A stretch of 64,000 nucleotides of DNA from Macrostomum lignano (GCA_002269645.1 NIVC01002156.1:124001-188000); one strand, 5' to 3'; counted from the stretch's first letter, positions 50,337 to 63,507 are shown. A program made the numbers and translations. The notes: generated by a model not told the origin, from the sequence alone.

Positions 50337-53300
50337 TCACGATCTAGTAACAATATATCGTCCGCCCGAACCAGAATGTACTTTTGCCTCTTTTCGACTC
50401 GGCGATTGCTCGCGTCGACGACTGCTGTGACTTTTGCGCGATTTTACCTGCGACATTTTTAAAGATGACAAAAGTGCATATAAGCATGGTATGATGACAG
50501 TCTCTAGTAGTCTCTCCTGGAATTATGATTCATTTCAAGTTCTAATTAACTGATGAAGCCACCTAACTACAAACGCATGCTAACTTCATGCAGAAGAAAA
50601 TAAATCGTCCGTAAAAGTATCAAAAAGTGTACTTTGAAGCAAAATTTGGCCTTGAATGAATCCAACACTATCTGTTGCAGCATAGCCCCCAAGGAAGGCC
50701 TGAACTGGCTAGTCTAATATACTAAAAATTTTCTAATAACCTTTTCATCCGATTTCGTTCTAGCCGATCGCAAACCCCGCCGAGTCGGCGACATGTCGAT
50801 CAGGTTGCGTCGTTCCAGCTCGGCAAGCGACTGTCTCAGGGCGGCTACAGTTGATGCAGCAGTTTCTGGAATTCTTTTATCGACTGCAGACGCAATTGCT
50901 GCGGAAGACCTTGATTGCTTCTTAACGTTTGCCTGCTTTGACTTGATGTCTTCAAATCGATTGGGAGATCTGCGACGACGCGGCGAACTTTCGTTGCTAG
51001 GCGGATGTGGAATGGACTTTTACTTATGTAGTTATACGAGGTAGTTACTTATTAAACTTATTCCCATTGAGGCTCCATATTGACACTGTGGATGGCAATG
51101 TGGATGCAGGAAGTCACGCCCGGCCACCGTTCCACCGACCCCTAAGCCGGAACACGCTCACACAGGGTGTACAGCGGCCCTGACTTTCTGACCGTCACTA
51201 CTGGCATGTACGAGTTCACTGCGCCTTGGGTATTGGCCCTTATGGGCCCGCACGAAAGCCAATTTAATGTGCACGAGCCCCAAACGATTGTGGCTGGTGC
51301 TAAAGCCCCTTGGTGCTAAAGCCCCTTGGTGCTAAAGCCCCTTGGTGCTAAAGCCCCTTGGTGCTAAAGCCCCTTGGTGCTAAAGCCCCTTGGTGCTAAA
51401 GCCCCTTGGTGCTAAAGCCCCTTGGTGCTAAAGCCCCTTGGTGCTAAAGCCCCTTGGTGCTAAAGCCCCTTGGTGCTAAAGCCCCTTGGTGCTAAAGCCC
51501 CTTGGTGCTAAAGCCCCTTGGTGCTAAAGCCCCTTGGTGCTAAAGCCCCTTGGTGCTAAAGCCCCTTGGTGCTAAAGCCCCTTGGTGCTAAAGCCCCTTG
51601 GTGCTAAAGCCCCTTGGTGCTAAAGCCCCTTGGTGCTAAAGCCCCTTGGTGCTAAAGCCCCTTGGTGCTAAAGCCCCTTGGTGCTAAAGCCCCTTGGTGC
51701 TAAAGCCCCTTGGTGCTAAAGCCCCTTGGTGCTAAAGCCCCTTGGTGCTAAAGCCCCTTGGTGCTAAAGCCCCTTGGTGCTAAAGCCCCTTGGTGCTAAA
51801 GCCCCTTGGTGCTAAAGCCCCTTGGTGCTAAAGCCCCTTGGTGCTAAAGCCCCTTGGTGCTAAAGCCCCTTGGTGCTAAAGCCCCTTGGTGCTAAAGCCC
51901 CTTGGTGCTAAAGCCCCTTGGTGCTAAAGCCCCTTGGTGCTAAAGCCCCTTGGTGCTAAAGCCCCTTGGTGCTAAAGCCCCTTGGTGCTAAAGCCCCTTG
52001 GTGCTAAAGCCCCTTGGTGCTAAAGCCCCTTGGTGCTAAAGCCCCTTGGTGCTAAAGCCCCTTGGTGCTAAAGCCCCTTGGTGCTAAAGCCCCTTGGTGC
52101 TAAAGCCCCTTGGTGCTAAAGCCCCTTGGTGCTAAAGCCCCTTGGTGCTAAAGCCCCTTGGTGCTAAAGCCCCTTGGTGCTAAAGCCCCTTGGTGCTAAA
52201 GCCCCTTGGTGCTAAAGCCCCTTGGTGCTAAAGCCCCTTGGTGCTAAAGCCCCTTGGTGCTAAAGCCCCTTGGTGCTAAAGCCCCTTGGTGCTAAAGCCC
52301 CTTGGTGCTAAAGCCCCTTGGTGCTAAAGCCCCTTGGTGCTAAAGCCCCTTGGTGCTAAAGCCCCTTGGTGCTAAAGCCCCTTGGTGCTAAAGCCCCTTG
52401 GTGCTAAAGCCCCTTGGTGCTAAAGCCCCTTGGTGCTAAAGCCCCTTGGTGCTAAAGCCCCTTGGTGCTAAAGCCCCTTGGTGCTAAAGCCCCTTGGTGC
52501 TAAAGCCCCTTGGTGCTAAAGCCCCTTGGTGCTAAAGCCCCTTGGTGCTAAAGCCCTTGGTGCTAAAGCCCCTTGGTGCTAAAGCCCCTTGGTGCTAAAG
52601 CCCCTTGGTGCTAAAGCCCCTTGGTGCTAAAGCCCCTTGGTGCTAAAGCCCCTTGGTGCTAAAGCCCCTTGGTGCTAAAGCCCCTTGGTGCTAAAGCCCC
52701 TTGGTGCTAAAGCCCCTTGGTGCTAAAGCCCCTTGGTGCTAAAGCCCCTTGGTGCTAAAGCCCCTTGGTGCTAAAGCCCCTTGGTGCTAAAGCCCCTTGG
52801 TGCTAAAGCCCCTTGGTGCTAAAGCCCCTTGGTGCTAAAGCCCCTTGGTGCTAAAGCCCCTTGGTGCTAAAGCCCCTTGGTGCTAAAGCCCCTTGGTACT
52901 AAAGCCCCTTGGTGCTAAAGCCCCTTGGTGCTAAAGCCCCTTGGTGCTAAAGCCCCTTGGTGCTAAAGCCCCTTGGTGCTAAAGCCCCTGGTGCCGGAGC
53001 CAAAATAACGCTCCCTTTCAACCCCCGATAAAAAGAGACTGCATACAGCTTCAATTTTATCTCCGTAAAATGCCGTCATGCTGACAAACAGCAAAGATGT
53101 AAACACGCACACTCCCTCAGACACTCACCTTCCAGCAACTCTCAGCCAATCCTCACAATCAGCTGCCATCTCGCTCTGCTGCTTCGCCTTGAGCCGGAAA
53201 TTCTCAGTCAGCAATTCGTCAACTCGACTGTTCGCCTCGGCAAGTCGAGCCCTGAGCCATTCGGCCTCGCGTCGGCTCTCCGCCAACAGTGCGGCCAGCT

Positions 53301-56300
53301 CAGCCAGCTGACCATGCAGGTGAACTGATCGCCATTCGTCGCCAGAATCGACAACAGAACTGGTTAGCTGACGGGGTGATTCGATTTGTTCTGCCTCGGG
53401 AGCTTGATAGTGCAACAACTGTTGCTGATGTTTTTTAAGACGATTCAAATCTTCTTGCTGCGATTCTAAATAGCAGCTGTGTCTAGATAACTGGACAGGA
53501 CTGGCAGCAGGCCCAATATCGCTTGAATCTCTAAGCTGAAAACAGTGCACAGTGAGAATTTATAGGATACGTTTTAAATTTTAGCACTTTCTACTCACAG
53601 TCAAAGGTGATCATACTCAATACTTGTTGATAGAGTTTACCCAATGAAAACGATACTTAGACCAAGAAGTGTCCCAGAGTCTGGGTGTAAGTCGACGTCA
53701 CGATGTAAGTCGCCAAACCTATTGTAGATGGCCTAGAGTCACTAGATGGCCTAGAGTCCCTAGATGGCCTAGAGTCCCTAGATGGCCTAGAGTCCCTAGA
53801 TGGCCTAGAGTCACTAGATGGCCTAGAGTCACTAGATGGCCTAGAGTCACTAGATGGCCTAGAGTCCCTAGATGGCCTAGAGTCCCTAGATGGCCTAGAG
53901 TCACTAGATGGCCTAGAGTCACTAGATGGTCTAGAGCCCCTAGATGGCCTAGAGTCACTAGATGGCCTAGAGTCACTAGATGGCCTAGAGTCCCTAGATG
54001 GCCTAGAGTCACTAGATGGCCTAGAGTCACTAGATGGCCTAGAGTCACTATAGTGAGTTGTTTGCACTGACTTTTGTCACGGTCTTTTCACGGTAAAACA
54101 CGAAGTTTGACACATACGGATGAACATTAGTAACAAAGGAAAACTACTTCATAGATTAATTAAAGTCTTCCGCTAGTAACTGCTTTTAACCCATAATCTT
54201 TGAAAATATTGCACTGTTGAGTCTATTGCTGATGGAAACTTGTTCCTAGCCACAAAAATGTAAAAGACAAGTTCAATATTTTTGTAGACGGGTAGGGAGA
54301 CAGAGGCAGAGGCGGGGGAGACGGGAAGAGGCGGGGGAGACAGAGAGAGGCGGGGGAGACAGAGAGAGTCGGGGGAGACAGAGAGAGGCGGGGAGACAGA
54401 GAGAGGCGGCGGAGACAGAGAGAGGCGGGGGAGACAGAGAGAGGCGGGGAGACAGAGAGAGTCGGGGGAGACAGAGAGAGGCGGGGAGACAGAGAGAGGC
54501 GGGGGAGACAGAGAGAGGCGGGGGAGACAGAGAGAGGCGGGGAGACAGAGAGAGGCGGGGAGACAGAGAGAGGCGGGGGAGACAGAGAGAGGCGGGGAGA
54601 CAGAGAGAGGCGGGGAGACAGAGAGAGGCGGGGAGACAGAGAGAGGCGGGGAGACAGAGAGAGGCGGGAGAAACAGGAAGAGGCGGGGAGACAGAGAGAG
54701 GCGGGGAGAAACAGGAAGAGGCGGGGGAGACAGAGAGAGGCGGGGGAGACAGAGAGAGGCGGGAGAAACAGGAAGAGGTGGGGGAGACAGAGAGAGGCGG
54801 GGAGACAGAGAGAGGCGGGGAGACAGAGAGAGGCGTGGGAGACAGAGAGAGGCGGGGAGACAGAGAGAGGCGGGGAGACAGAGAGAGGCGGGGAGACAGA
54901 GAGAGGCGGGGAGACAGAGAGAGGCGGGGAGACAGAGAGAGGCGGGGAGACAGAGAGAGGCGGGAGAAACAGGAAGAGGCGGGGGAGACAGAGAGAGGCG
55001 GGAGAAACAGGAAGAGGTGGGGGAGACAGAGAGAGGCGGGGGAGACAGAGAGAGGCGGGAGAAACAGGAAGAGGCGGGGGAGACAGAGAGAGGCGGGAGA
55101 AACAGGAAGAGGCGGGGGAGACAGAGAGAGGCGGGGGAGACAGAGAGAGGCGGGAGAAACAGGAAGAGGCGGGGGAGACAGAGAGAGGCGGGGAGACAGA
55201 GAGAGGCGGGAGAAACAGGAAGAGGCGGGGGAGACAGAGAGAGGCGGGGAGACAGAGAGAGGCGGGGTAGACAGAGAGAGGCGTGGGAGACAGAGAGAGG
55301 CGGGGAGACAGAGAGAGGCGGGGGAGACAGAGAGAGGCGTGGGAGACAGAGAGAGGCGTGGGAGACAGAAAGAGGCGGGAGAAGCAGGAAGAGGCGGGGG
55401 AGACAGAGAGAGGCGGGGAGACAGAGAGAGGCGGGGAGACAGAGAGAGGTGTGGGAGACAGAGAGAGGCGGGGGAGACAGAGAGAGGCGGGGAGACAGAG
55501 AGAGGCGGGGGAGACAGGAGAGGCGGGGTAGGAGTGACAAAAAACCACATTATAGTTTTGCTCAAAACTTCAACCTCCACTTTTACCTTGACAGGCGAAA
55601 AATGGCGCGGCCGATTTTCAATCGTTCGATCTGTCGGCCTCGACTCGTGGGGTACTGCGCGAAAAAAATGATGAAAAAAATAAACGACGATGCAGTCGTA
55701 TGCTACTGAGCATTTAAGTAGTAGCAGTGGTAAATGGTAAAATAAAGTTTTCACAAAAATATATCCCAAATCTAAAGGTATACCTCGCCTCGAGTTTGCG
55801 GTTGCCCAGCTTCCTGCGGCTTCATCTGTCAATCGATTGTGATTGGCCAGCCGCCTGTCCAATAGCAGTCTCTCCTCGGATAGTTCGCGTCGAACTCGCG
55901 ACCTCATCTGTTCCAGCTCGTCGCTGTGCTGAGCGGACTGCCATGCGGTCACGGCCGCTTGCTGGGATTCCAGCAGCTGGCATAGCCGAGACCATTGCTC
56001 CTGGGGTGCAATTGGATAAGCAAGGAGGGCACTACTTCTACTCATTTTTATCCCTCAAAAATGCTTACATTGGCATTTCTGGGATTCAGTTACTTCGAGG
56101 AACTCATTTTAGAGCTCTGAACAGTTTCAGCACTACGGAACTGAGTCATTGCGGACACTTATTTTGGCAACTCCGGACACTCATTTTGGCAACTCCGGAC
56201 ACTTATTTTGGCAACTCCGGACACTTGACCCTCTGGACAACAAGTTAGTCATTCTGGACACCTATTAGACAATCCGGACAGTGATTTCTGCACTCTGGAC

Positions 56301-57590
56301 ACTTAGTAAACAATCTGGACACTCAGGTAGTCATTCAGGACACTCAGTTGTCATTCCGGACACTCATTTTTACACTCCGGACACTCATTTTTACACTCCG
56401 GCACTTCTTTGGCAACTCCGGACACTTATTTTGACATTCCGGACACTTAGAAGAAAATTCGGAGACGATCATTTTGGCGCTCGGGACACTTATTAGAAAA
56501 TCCGGACACTCATTTTGACACTCCGGACACTTAGTAAACAATCTGGACACTCAGGTAGTTATTCCGAACACTCAGTTAGTCATTCCGGACACTCATTTTA
56601 CACTCCGGACACTCATTTTGGCAACTCCGGACACTCATTTTGGCACTCCGGACACTCATTTTGGCACTCCGGACAACAAGTTAGTCATTCTGGACACTTA
56701 TTGGACAATCCGGACATTGATTTTTGCACTCTGGACACTAGTAAACAATCTGGACACTCAGGTAGTCATTCAGGACACTCATTTAGTCATTCTGGACACT
56801 CATTTTTACACTCCGGACACTTCTTTGGCAACTCCAGACACTTATTTTGGCACTCCGGACACAGTAGAAAATTCTGACACTCATTTTTACACTTCGGACA
56901 CTTAGTAGACAATCCAGACACACATTTTTACACTCCGGACACTGTAGGCAATCCAAACACTCACTTTGACACTCTTGGCTGGATACTAAGTCTTGACGAA
57001 GTTATTGCGAGCTAGTTATAATTATCCTTGACTCTAATTTTGGCAAATTTGCAGATCTCTAACCTAATTACCTGTTGCTTATTTGGCGGCAGCAGTTTAA
57101 AGCTAGCTTGCATTGACGGATATTTGGCAAACAACTCATCCAGAGAAGCTTGATGCAACCGATTCGATTGAGGTTTTTGTTGTTGCTCCTGCGGCTGCTG
57201 CGACTGCTGTTTTGTCTCTTTGGGTTCCCGAGAAGGATCCAATTGTCCAGCTAGAGCAGACGCCGGTCTCATTGGAAGCTGTTTAATTTCTTCGGCCTTT
57301 TTCTCTGAAGTCAATAATAACTCATCGTCCGATTGATAGCCTTGTCTGTTATTGCTGGCACTAGTCGTATCTGTTCCAATAGCGACTGCAGCTTCTGAGC
57401 AGAACTTTCTACCCTGCTCCACAGCCATGCGAGCTCGTTGCAGAGCGGGAGAAACTCTACCACTGCTGCTGCAGTTGTTGTTGCTGACTTGCTGCACTTC
57501 CCGGTAAGCAGACGGTGGCAAGCGTCTAGATTTTGACAGCTTTTTTTTCTTAGAATTGACAGGCTGCTCGGCTGTCTCAGAGTCTGCCAT
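50337..57590 (-). CDS. Uncharacterised low-complexity coiled-coil protein, about 550 aa
   Basis: Proposed exons 57590-57072, 56140-56094, 56037-55784, 55654-55587, 53535-53129, 50996-50741, 50447-50337 (1662 nt, in frame). Heptad-like segments such as [36 protein letters not shown]; basic N-terminal KKKKLSK. The 47-nt exon and the following 56-nt intron are the weakest part of the model. Confidence 0.62.
51155..51275 (+). repeat. Dispersed structured element A, copy 3 (diverged core)
   Basis: CTCACACAGGGTGTACAGCGGCCCTGACTTT...GGCATGTACGAGTTCACTGCGCCTTGGGTATTGGCCCT; lies about 20 nt before the 16-bp array. Confidence 0.75.
51296..52995 (+). repeat. 16-bp GGTGCTAAAGCCCCTT minisatellite, about 106 near-identical units
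   Basis: Only one 1-bp deletion (near 52555) and one substitution (near 52897) noticed. Confidence 0.98.
53726..54050. repeat. 18-bp GATGGCCTAGAGTC(A/C)CTA minisatellite
   Basis: About 18 units, dimorphic at one position. Confidence 0.95.
54295..55530. repeat. 18-19 bp GGGGAGACAGAGAGAGGC minisatellite with AGAAACAGGAAGAGGC variant
   Basis: About 65 units. Confidence 0.95.
56140..56965. repeat. Degenerate CTCCGGACACT(C/T)ATTTT repeat with ~210-230 bp higher-order blocks
   Basis: The block TAGTAAACAATCTGGACACTCAGGTAGT recurs near 56304, 56532 and 56739. Confidence 0.85.
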
Positions 57591-58289
57591 AGGTAATAAT
57601 GATCAGGTGTCTATTATACTCTTTTATATCTATATCTATCTTTTCTCAACTCGAATTATATGACTGACAGGTGTGAAGAAGAGAGCTGAGTAGGCAAGCT
57701 AAATAGTTTTAAAAGAAATAGTGGCTATAGTGTTCAACACAAGTGGGTAACTACCTGCTGGGAAGTTCTGATGATGAATAAATTCACCCAGCATACACCC
57801 AGTACAGAGCCCATAAAAGAAGTCTAGAAGAAAACCTATAATGTAAAAACACCATTACAACTATGTCCACAAAGGTTCCATCTGAGTTATGACTTTAGCG
57901 TGTATAGGAGCCATGCGCGTTTGTGTGCGCCGAGAAAACAATTACCATCACGATGATTATATATGTAAAATATTAAACTCTATACGACGCTATTAAACTA
58001 AACACAGCTGTTTGAGTAAGCTACCGCACAGTTTTACTATTATAAACGTTGACATAAGCTGCGCCTGAGTAAACAAAGTAGGTTGATGCATTAAGAATTA
58101 GCCCTGCATTAACCCCGATCCTGCATTCATGCAAGAGATGCCAGTAAACTATTTTGCGAGCAGCTTCTTTGGTTCAGAATTGTGCAGTAAAAACTGATGC
58201 CGATGCTTATCAGACAATTGCTTCAACATATTTTTGTATTCCCTATTGTTTCAGCTAATGCTAACTTGATTCGAGGCATCAATAAACCT

Positions 58290-60453
58290 AAGGATCTGGA
58301 AGGCTGGCCCAGCAACTGAGGATCTGGAAGGCTGGCCCAGCAACTGAGGATCTGGGAGGCTGTGGCCCAGCAACTGAGGATCTGGGAGGCTGGTGGCCCA
58401 GCAACTGAGGATCTGGGAGGCTTGTGGCCCAGCAACTGAGGATCTGGGAGGCTGGTGGCCCAGCAACTGAGGATCTGGGAGGCTTGTGGCCCAGCAACTG
58501 AGGATCTGGGAGGCTGTGGCCCAGCAACTGAGGATCTGGGAGGCTGTGGCCCAGCAACTGAGGATCTGGGAGGCTGTGGCCCAGCAACTGAGGATCTGGG
58601 AGGCTGGTGGCCCAGCAACTGAGGATCTGGGAGGCTTGTGGCCCAGCAACTGAGGATCTGGGAGGCTGTGGCCCAGCAACTGAGGATCTGGGAGGCTGTG
58701 GCCCAGCAACTGAGGATCTGGGAGGCTGTGGCCCAGCAACTGAGGATCTGGGAGGCTGTGGCCCAGCAACTGAGGATCTGGGAGGCTGTGGCCCAGCAAC
58801 TGAGGATCTGGGAGGCTGTGGCCCAGCAACTGAGGATCTGGGAGGCTGTGGCCCAGCAACTGAGGATCTGGGAGGCTGTGGCCCAGCAACTGAGGATCTG
58901 GGAGGCTGTGGCCCAGCAACTGAGGATCTGGGAGGCTGTGGCCCAGCAACTGAGGATCTGGGAGGCTGTGGCCCAGCAACTGAGAATCTGGGAGGCTGGC
59001 CCAGCAACTGAGGATCTGGGAGGCTGTGGCCCAGCAACTGAGGATCTGGGAGGCTGTGGCCCAGCAACTGAGGATCTGGGAGGCTGGCCCAGCAACTGCG
59101 AATCTGGGAGGCTGGCCCAGCAACTGAGGATCTGGAAGGCTGGCCCAGCATCTGAGGATCTGGGAGGCTGGCCCAGCAACTGAGAATCTGTGAGGCTGGC
59201 CCTGCAACTGAGGATCTGGGAGGCTGGCCCAGCAACTGAGAATCTGGGAGGCTGGCCCAGCAACTGAGGATCTGGGAGGCTGTGGCCCAGCAACTGAGGA
59301 TCTGGGAGGCTGTGGCCCAGCAACTGAGGATCTGGGAGGCTGGCCCAGCAACTGCGAATCTGGGAGGCTGGCCCAGCAACTGAGGATCTGGAAGGCTGGC
59401 CCAGCATCTGAGGATCTGGGAGGCTGGCCCAGCAACTGAGGATCTGGGAGGCTGTGGCCCAGCAACTGAGAATCTGTGAGGCTGGCCCAGCAACTGAGGA
59501 TCTGGGAGGCTGGCCCAGCAACTGAGAATCTGTGAGGCTGGCCCAGCAACTGAGAATCTGTGAGGCTGGCCCAGCAACTGAGGATCTGGGAGGCTGGCCC
59601 AGCAACTGAGAATCTGTGAGGCTGGCCCAGCAACTGAGAATCTGTGAGGCTGGCCCAGCAACTGAGAATCTGTGAGGCTGGCCCAGCAACTGAGAATCTG
59701 TGAGGCTGGCCCAGCAACTGAGGATCTGGGAGGCTGGCCCAGCAACTGAGGATCTGGGAGGCTGGCCCAGCAACTGAGAATCTGTGAGGCTGGCCCAGCA
59801 ACTGAGAATCTGTGAGGCTGGCCCAGCAACTGAGGATCTGGGAGGCTGTGGCCCAGCAACTGAGAATCTGTGAGGCTGGCCCAGCAACTGAGAATCTGTG
59901 AGGCTGGCCCAGCAACTGAGGATCTGGGAGGCTGGCCCAGCAACTGAGGATCTGTGAGGCTGGCCCAGCAACTGAGAATCTGTGAGGCTGGCCCAGCAAC
60001 TGAGAATCTGTGAGGCTGGCCCAGCAACTGAGAATCTGTGAGGCTGGCCCAGCAACTGAGAATCTGTGAGGCTGGCCCAGCAACTGAGAATCTGTGAGGC
60101 TGGCCCAGCAACTGAGGATCTGGGAGGCTGGCCCAGCAACTGAGAATCTGTGAGGCTGGCCCAGCAACTGAGGATCTGTGAGGCTGGCCCAGCAACTGAG
60201 GATCTGTGAGGCTGGCCCAGCAACTGAGAATCTGTGAGGCTGGCCCAGCAACTGAGAATCTGTGAATCTGGCCCAGCAACTGAGAATCTGTGAGGCTGGC
60301 CCAGCAACTGAGAATCTGTGAGGCTGGCCCAGCAACTGAGAATCTGTGAGGCTGGCCCAGCAACTGAGAATCTGTGAGGCTGGCCCAGCAACTGAGAATC
60401 TGTGAGGCTTGCCCAGCAACTGAGAATCTGTGAGGCTGGCCCAGCAACTGAGA
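58290..60453. repeat. 28-31 bp GGCCCAGCAACTGAG(G/A)ATCTG(G/T)GAGGCT minisatellite, 2.2 kb
   Basis: About 75 units between the coiled-coil gene and the lectin gene. Confidence 0.97.
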
Positions 60454-60792
60454 ATAATTGCCAGCGTTGGGTATGTCGGATTTGTCGGCGGACGTCTCAA
60501 TGCTGCACAGGAAAGCGCTTCATTCTCACAAGAGTGATTCGATAATTTACATAAAAAACAAGACACCAATCATCTAGGATCTTTAAAGTAACGATATTAT
60601 CGGAACGTGACTTCTAGTAGTCCTTGGTTATCAGTTTTTAAGCAGTAGCTAATAATATTTTTTTAATTTATTTGTTTAAATTTGGTCAACCAAAAACGAT
60701 TTTGATGTGTCTTTTCTGTGTCGTGAATCGTAGCAAATCGAGCACGTATGTTCAACAGTCAAGATACGAATACTACTCAGTTTTAGAAGCTG

Positions 60793-63507
60793 TCAGCAAT
60801 GGTTTTTATCGACTTTAAACACGGCATTGACCATCCGACCGCCGCACATTTGGTCAGAGTCGCCGGCGCAGGGCAATCGACAGTCGGACCGCTCGGCCTC
60901 GCCATTGTTGCCGTAGTTGTCGCCACAGCGGCACTGGTTGCCTTCCCGCAGGGCGAACACCGACGTGCCGCGTTTCAGACAGAGGCAGTTGCACTTCTCA
61001 CGGGTCATGTCATCGCTGGACGACGCAAGTGAATCAAAATCGGGCCAATGATTGCTCTCGAAAAAGCAGCCGACAAAATCTGGAAATAGCAGCCAATTTT
61101 AAAATGCAGATTTACGCACATATGAAAAACATTGAATCTATTTGCGCAAAAAGATGCAACCCATGTGATGCGCTATTTTTTATGATATCTTTCTTGTTTT
61201 CGAATTTATTAGATCATTCTGACCCTTCTGTGATGGGTTTAGGCCTTTTCGGCTCCTTTGTGGAAGCCTTCGGGCCTCAGGTCTCAGAAATAAACCAATT
61301 AGAGTCCTGGCCCCCCACTCCTGTCAGATGGTCAGCCCCATGGTAGCTTGATCGTGTGGCGAGCAGTCTAGGTCCTATAGCTTAGAGAGGGACAGCGAGA
61401 GACAAGAGACAAGCACGGAGAATTTTGAAGGTAGAAATTAGATAATCCGCAGATTAACTAACCCGCTGCCACCAGCCCGTGCGTTCTGGCTCACCACACC
61501 GGAACTTTCGAAATCGGGCTTCCGACTAGAGGGGGTTTAGCACTTACCTGCCAACTAGTGTCTTTTTGCTGTCAATCTCGAAGTCATAGCCGATGATAAG
61601 GGACAGATGGTTTGATTAGTTGATTGCATGTGCGCGAGTTTACTAGCCCGTATGTACAATTGCTCGCTGTACAATCATAACAATATATTAGTAAGTGCCT
61701 TGGCGCCCTGGGCAGCCAAGATTGGTCTACGCCTGAAGCCTATTTCTTGTCTTGGCTTGTTCCCACACATTGAAGTTAAAACATAAAAAACCACTTACGT
61801 CCGGCCTTGATGGCACTTTTCTTCTTTTCTCCAAAAACTTGAACTTCGCAAAGAGTCAAGGGTGAGCGTTTCCGATTGTTGATGCGTAGCTTCTGGCCGA
61901 CCTTATTGCACTGGAACGTCTTCACAGAAAAGAAGCCGCTCGACTTGAACGAGGCGCACTCCTGACCGTCCACTGTGATGGAAAAGTCGTTGAGTCTCTC
62001 TGAGCAGCAGTCGAGTCGGTTGTAGATTCGAACCTGCTTGACGAGCGATCGCTCTTTGAGAGTCGCTTGCCACCAGCCAAACTCAGATTTTGTGTGAGTG
62101 CAGCTTTGTAAGTGCCAATTAGGACTCGTGTTACCATCGAATGCTCTTTGGCAAACACCATTGAATGCTGTAGAAATTTGAGAGCATGACACGAGAGCAA
62201 GGCGGTCTAAAAAAGGAAAGAGTTGTTTAAATGCAAGCTAGGTTACACAAGTACTCTATTAAGCATCAGTATGGATAAAAACGGATTGACACCCTGTATT
62301 ACTCTTTGGAGTTGGCAGTTTGACTTCCTCTCCGTACACCTGCACTTCGCAGAGAGTCAGCGGTGACGTTTTACGGTTCCTCACAGTCACAACTTGACCG
62401 ATCCTGTCGCATTTGAATGCGCGAATTGAGAAGAAACTGTTGGACTTGTACGACGCGCACTCGTGCCCATCGACCATGATTACAAAGTTGTTTAGCCGGT
62501 CTGAGCAACAGTCAATCCGGTTGGTGATTCGAACCGTCCGAATGTGAGACAGCGACTTGGTTCTCGCCTGCCACCAGCCCTTCTCATTTTTGGTGTGAGA
62601 GCAGGAATTGTGGCTATAGAATTGGTGATCGTTGTTGTCGATGGCTCGACTGCAGACGCCTTCAGAAGAGGTTGAAGACTGCAGACATTCCATCATTGGG
62701 AGCCTCGCTGAAATCAGATGCACAAGTTCAAATATTTAGTTCTATGCTACTTCCGAAAATGTTTCTATTGGCTAAAGCCTGCTAGTATAGTATGTCTTTC
62801 TTATGCGCTTACCGCCATAAGGATTTCTTGGAATGTAGTTTCCGAAGATCTGCACTTCGCAAAGAGTCAGCGGCGTTTTGATTCGATTCTTGATTACCAG
62901 CATCTGACCGACTTTGTTACACCTGAAGATCTTCACTGAAAATGACTTTCTCGAACTGTATGACTCGCACTCTTGACCATCGAGAAAGATGGAGAAGCTG
63001 TTGAGTCTGTCTGAGCAGCAGTCGAGTCTGTTGTAGATTAGAACAAATCGCACTCGAGCGAATCCGGATCCCCTTATGTAGGCTTGCCAAAAGCCTTTCT
63101 CGGCCTTTGTGTGCGTGCACGAGCCTGCGGCATAGTGCTGGTTAATTCTTCCATCGAAGGCTCGTTCGCACGCGCCTCCAGATGACGTAGAGCTTTGGTA
63201 ACACTCACCAAATTGCAGTTTGTCTAAATTTCAAATTTGACAGCAAATAAAGTTAATAGTATCGGGTTTTTTAAAGTTACGGGTAAGGTGACCTGCGGTG
63301 TTTAAAAACCATGTACTCTTAATATGTACTTTGCACGACGGCGTCTGATTTGACATTCACTGTAACATTGCACCGACATTTTTGCCGACTTTTGCTATTG
63401 TCATCCATCGGTGTAGTGTAAAAAAAATCAATTGTCAGCAACGTCCAGCGAATTCGAATACGTTGGAATTTTGCATGGCTGTTGATCTTCTCATTTTTTA
63501 TGAAATT
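60793..63507 (-). CDS. Three F-type lectin (fucolectin, F5/8C-like) domains plus C-terminal WSC domain; 5' end unresolved
   Basis: Exons 63223-62813, 62707-62303 and 62206-61799 each encode one domain with SC(T/S)HTK...W/FWQA...NR(L/I)DCCS(D/E)RL...LTLCEVQ. Exon 61079-60793 encodes WSC (FVGCF...CNCLC...FAL...QCRCGDNYG...C...CAGD...MCGG). Exon 63507-63330 is phase-compatible but tentative; no confident start codon. Confidence 0.85.

Noticed and set aside
51296-52995. CRISPR-like array
   Set aside because: Contiguous tandem units with no unique spacers, in a eukaryotic intron, with no cas genes.
53657-54067. SSDSRP-repeat ORF as a possible exon of the coiled-coil gene
   Set aside because: The nearest acceptor is phase 2 while the upstream exon ends in phase 0; the model closes without it.
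54173-55709. Long ORFs through the GGGGAGACAGAGAGAGGC array
   Set aside because: The unit has no stop codons; the array lies inside intron 53536-55586.
58223-60569. Three overlapping 700+ aa ORFs on the minus strand
   Set aside because: The unit has no stop in any minus frame, so openness is trivial; no convincing splice sites or start context.
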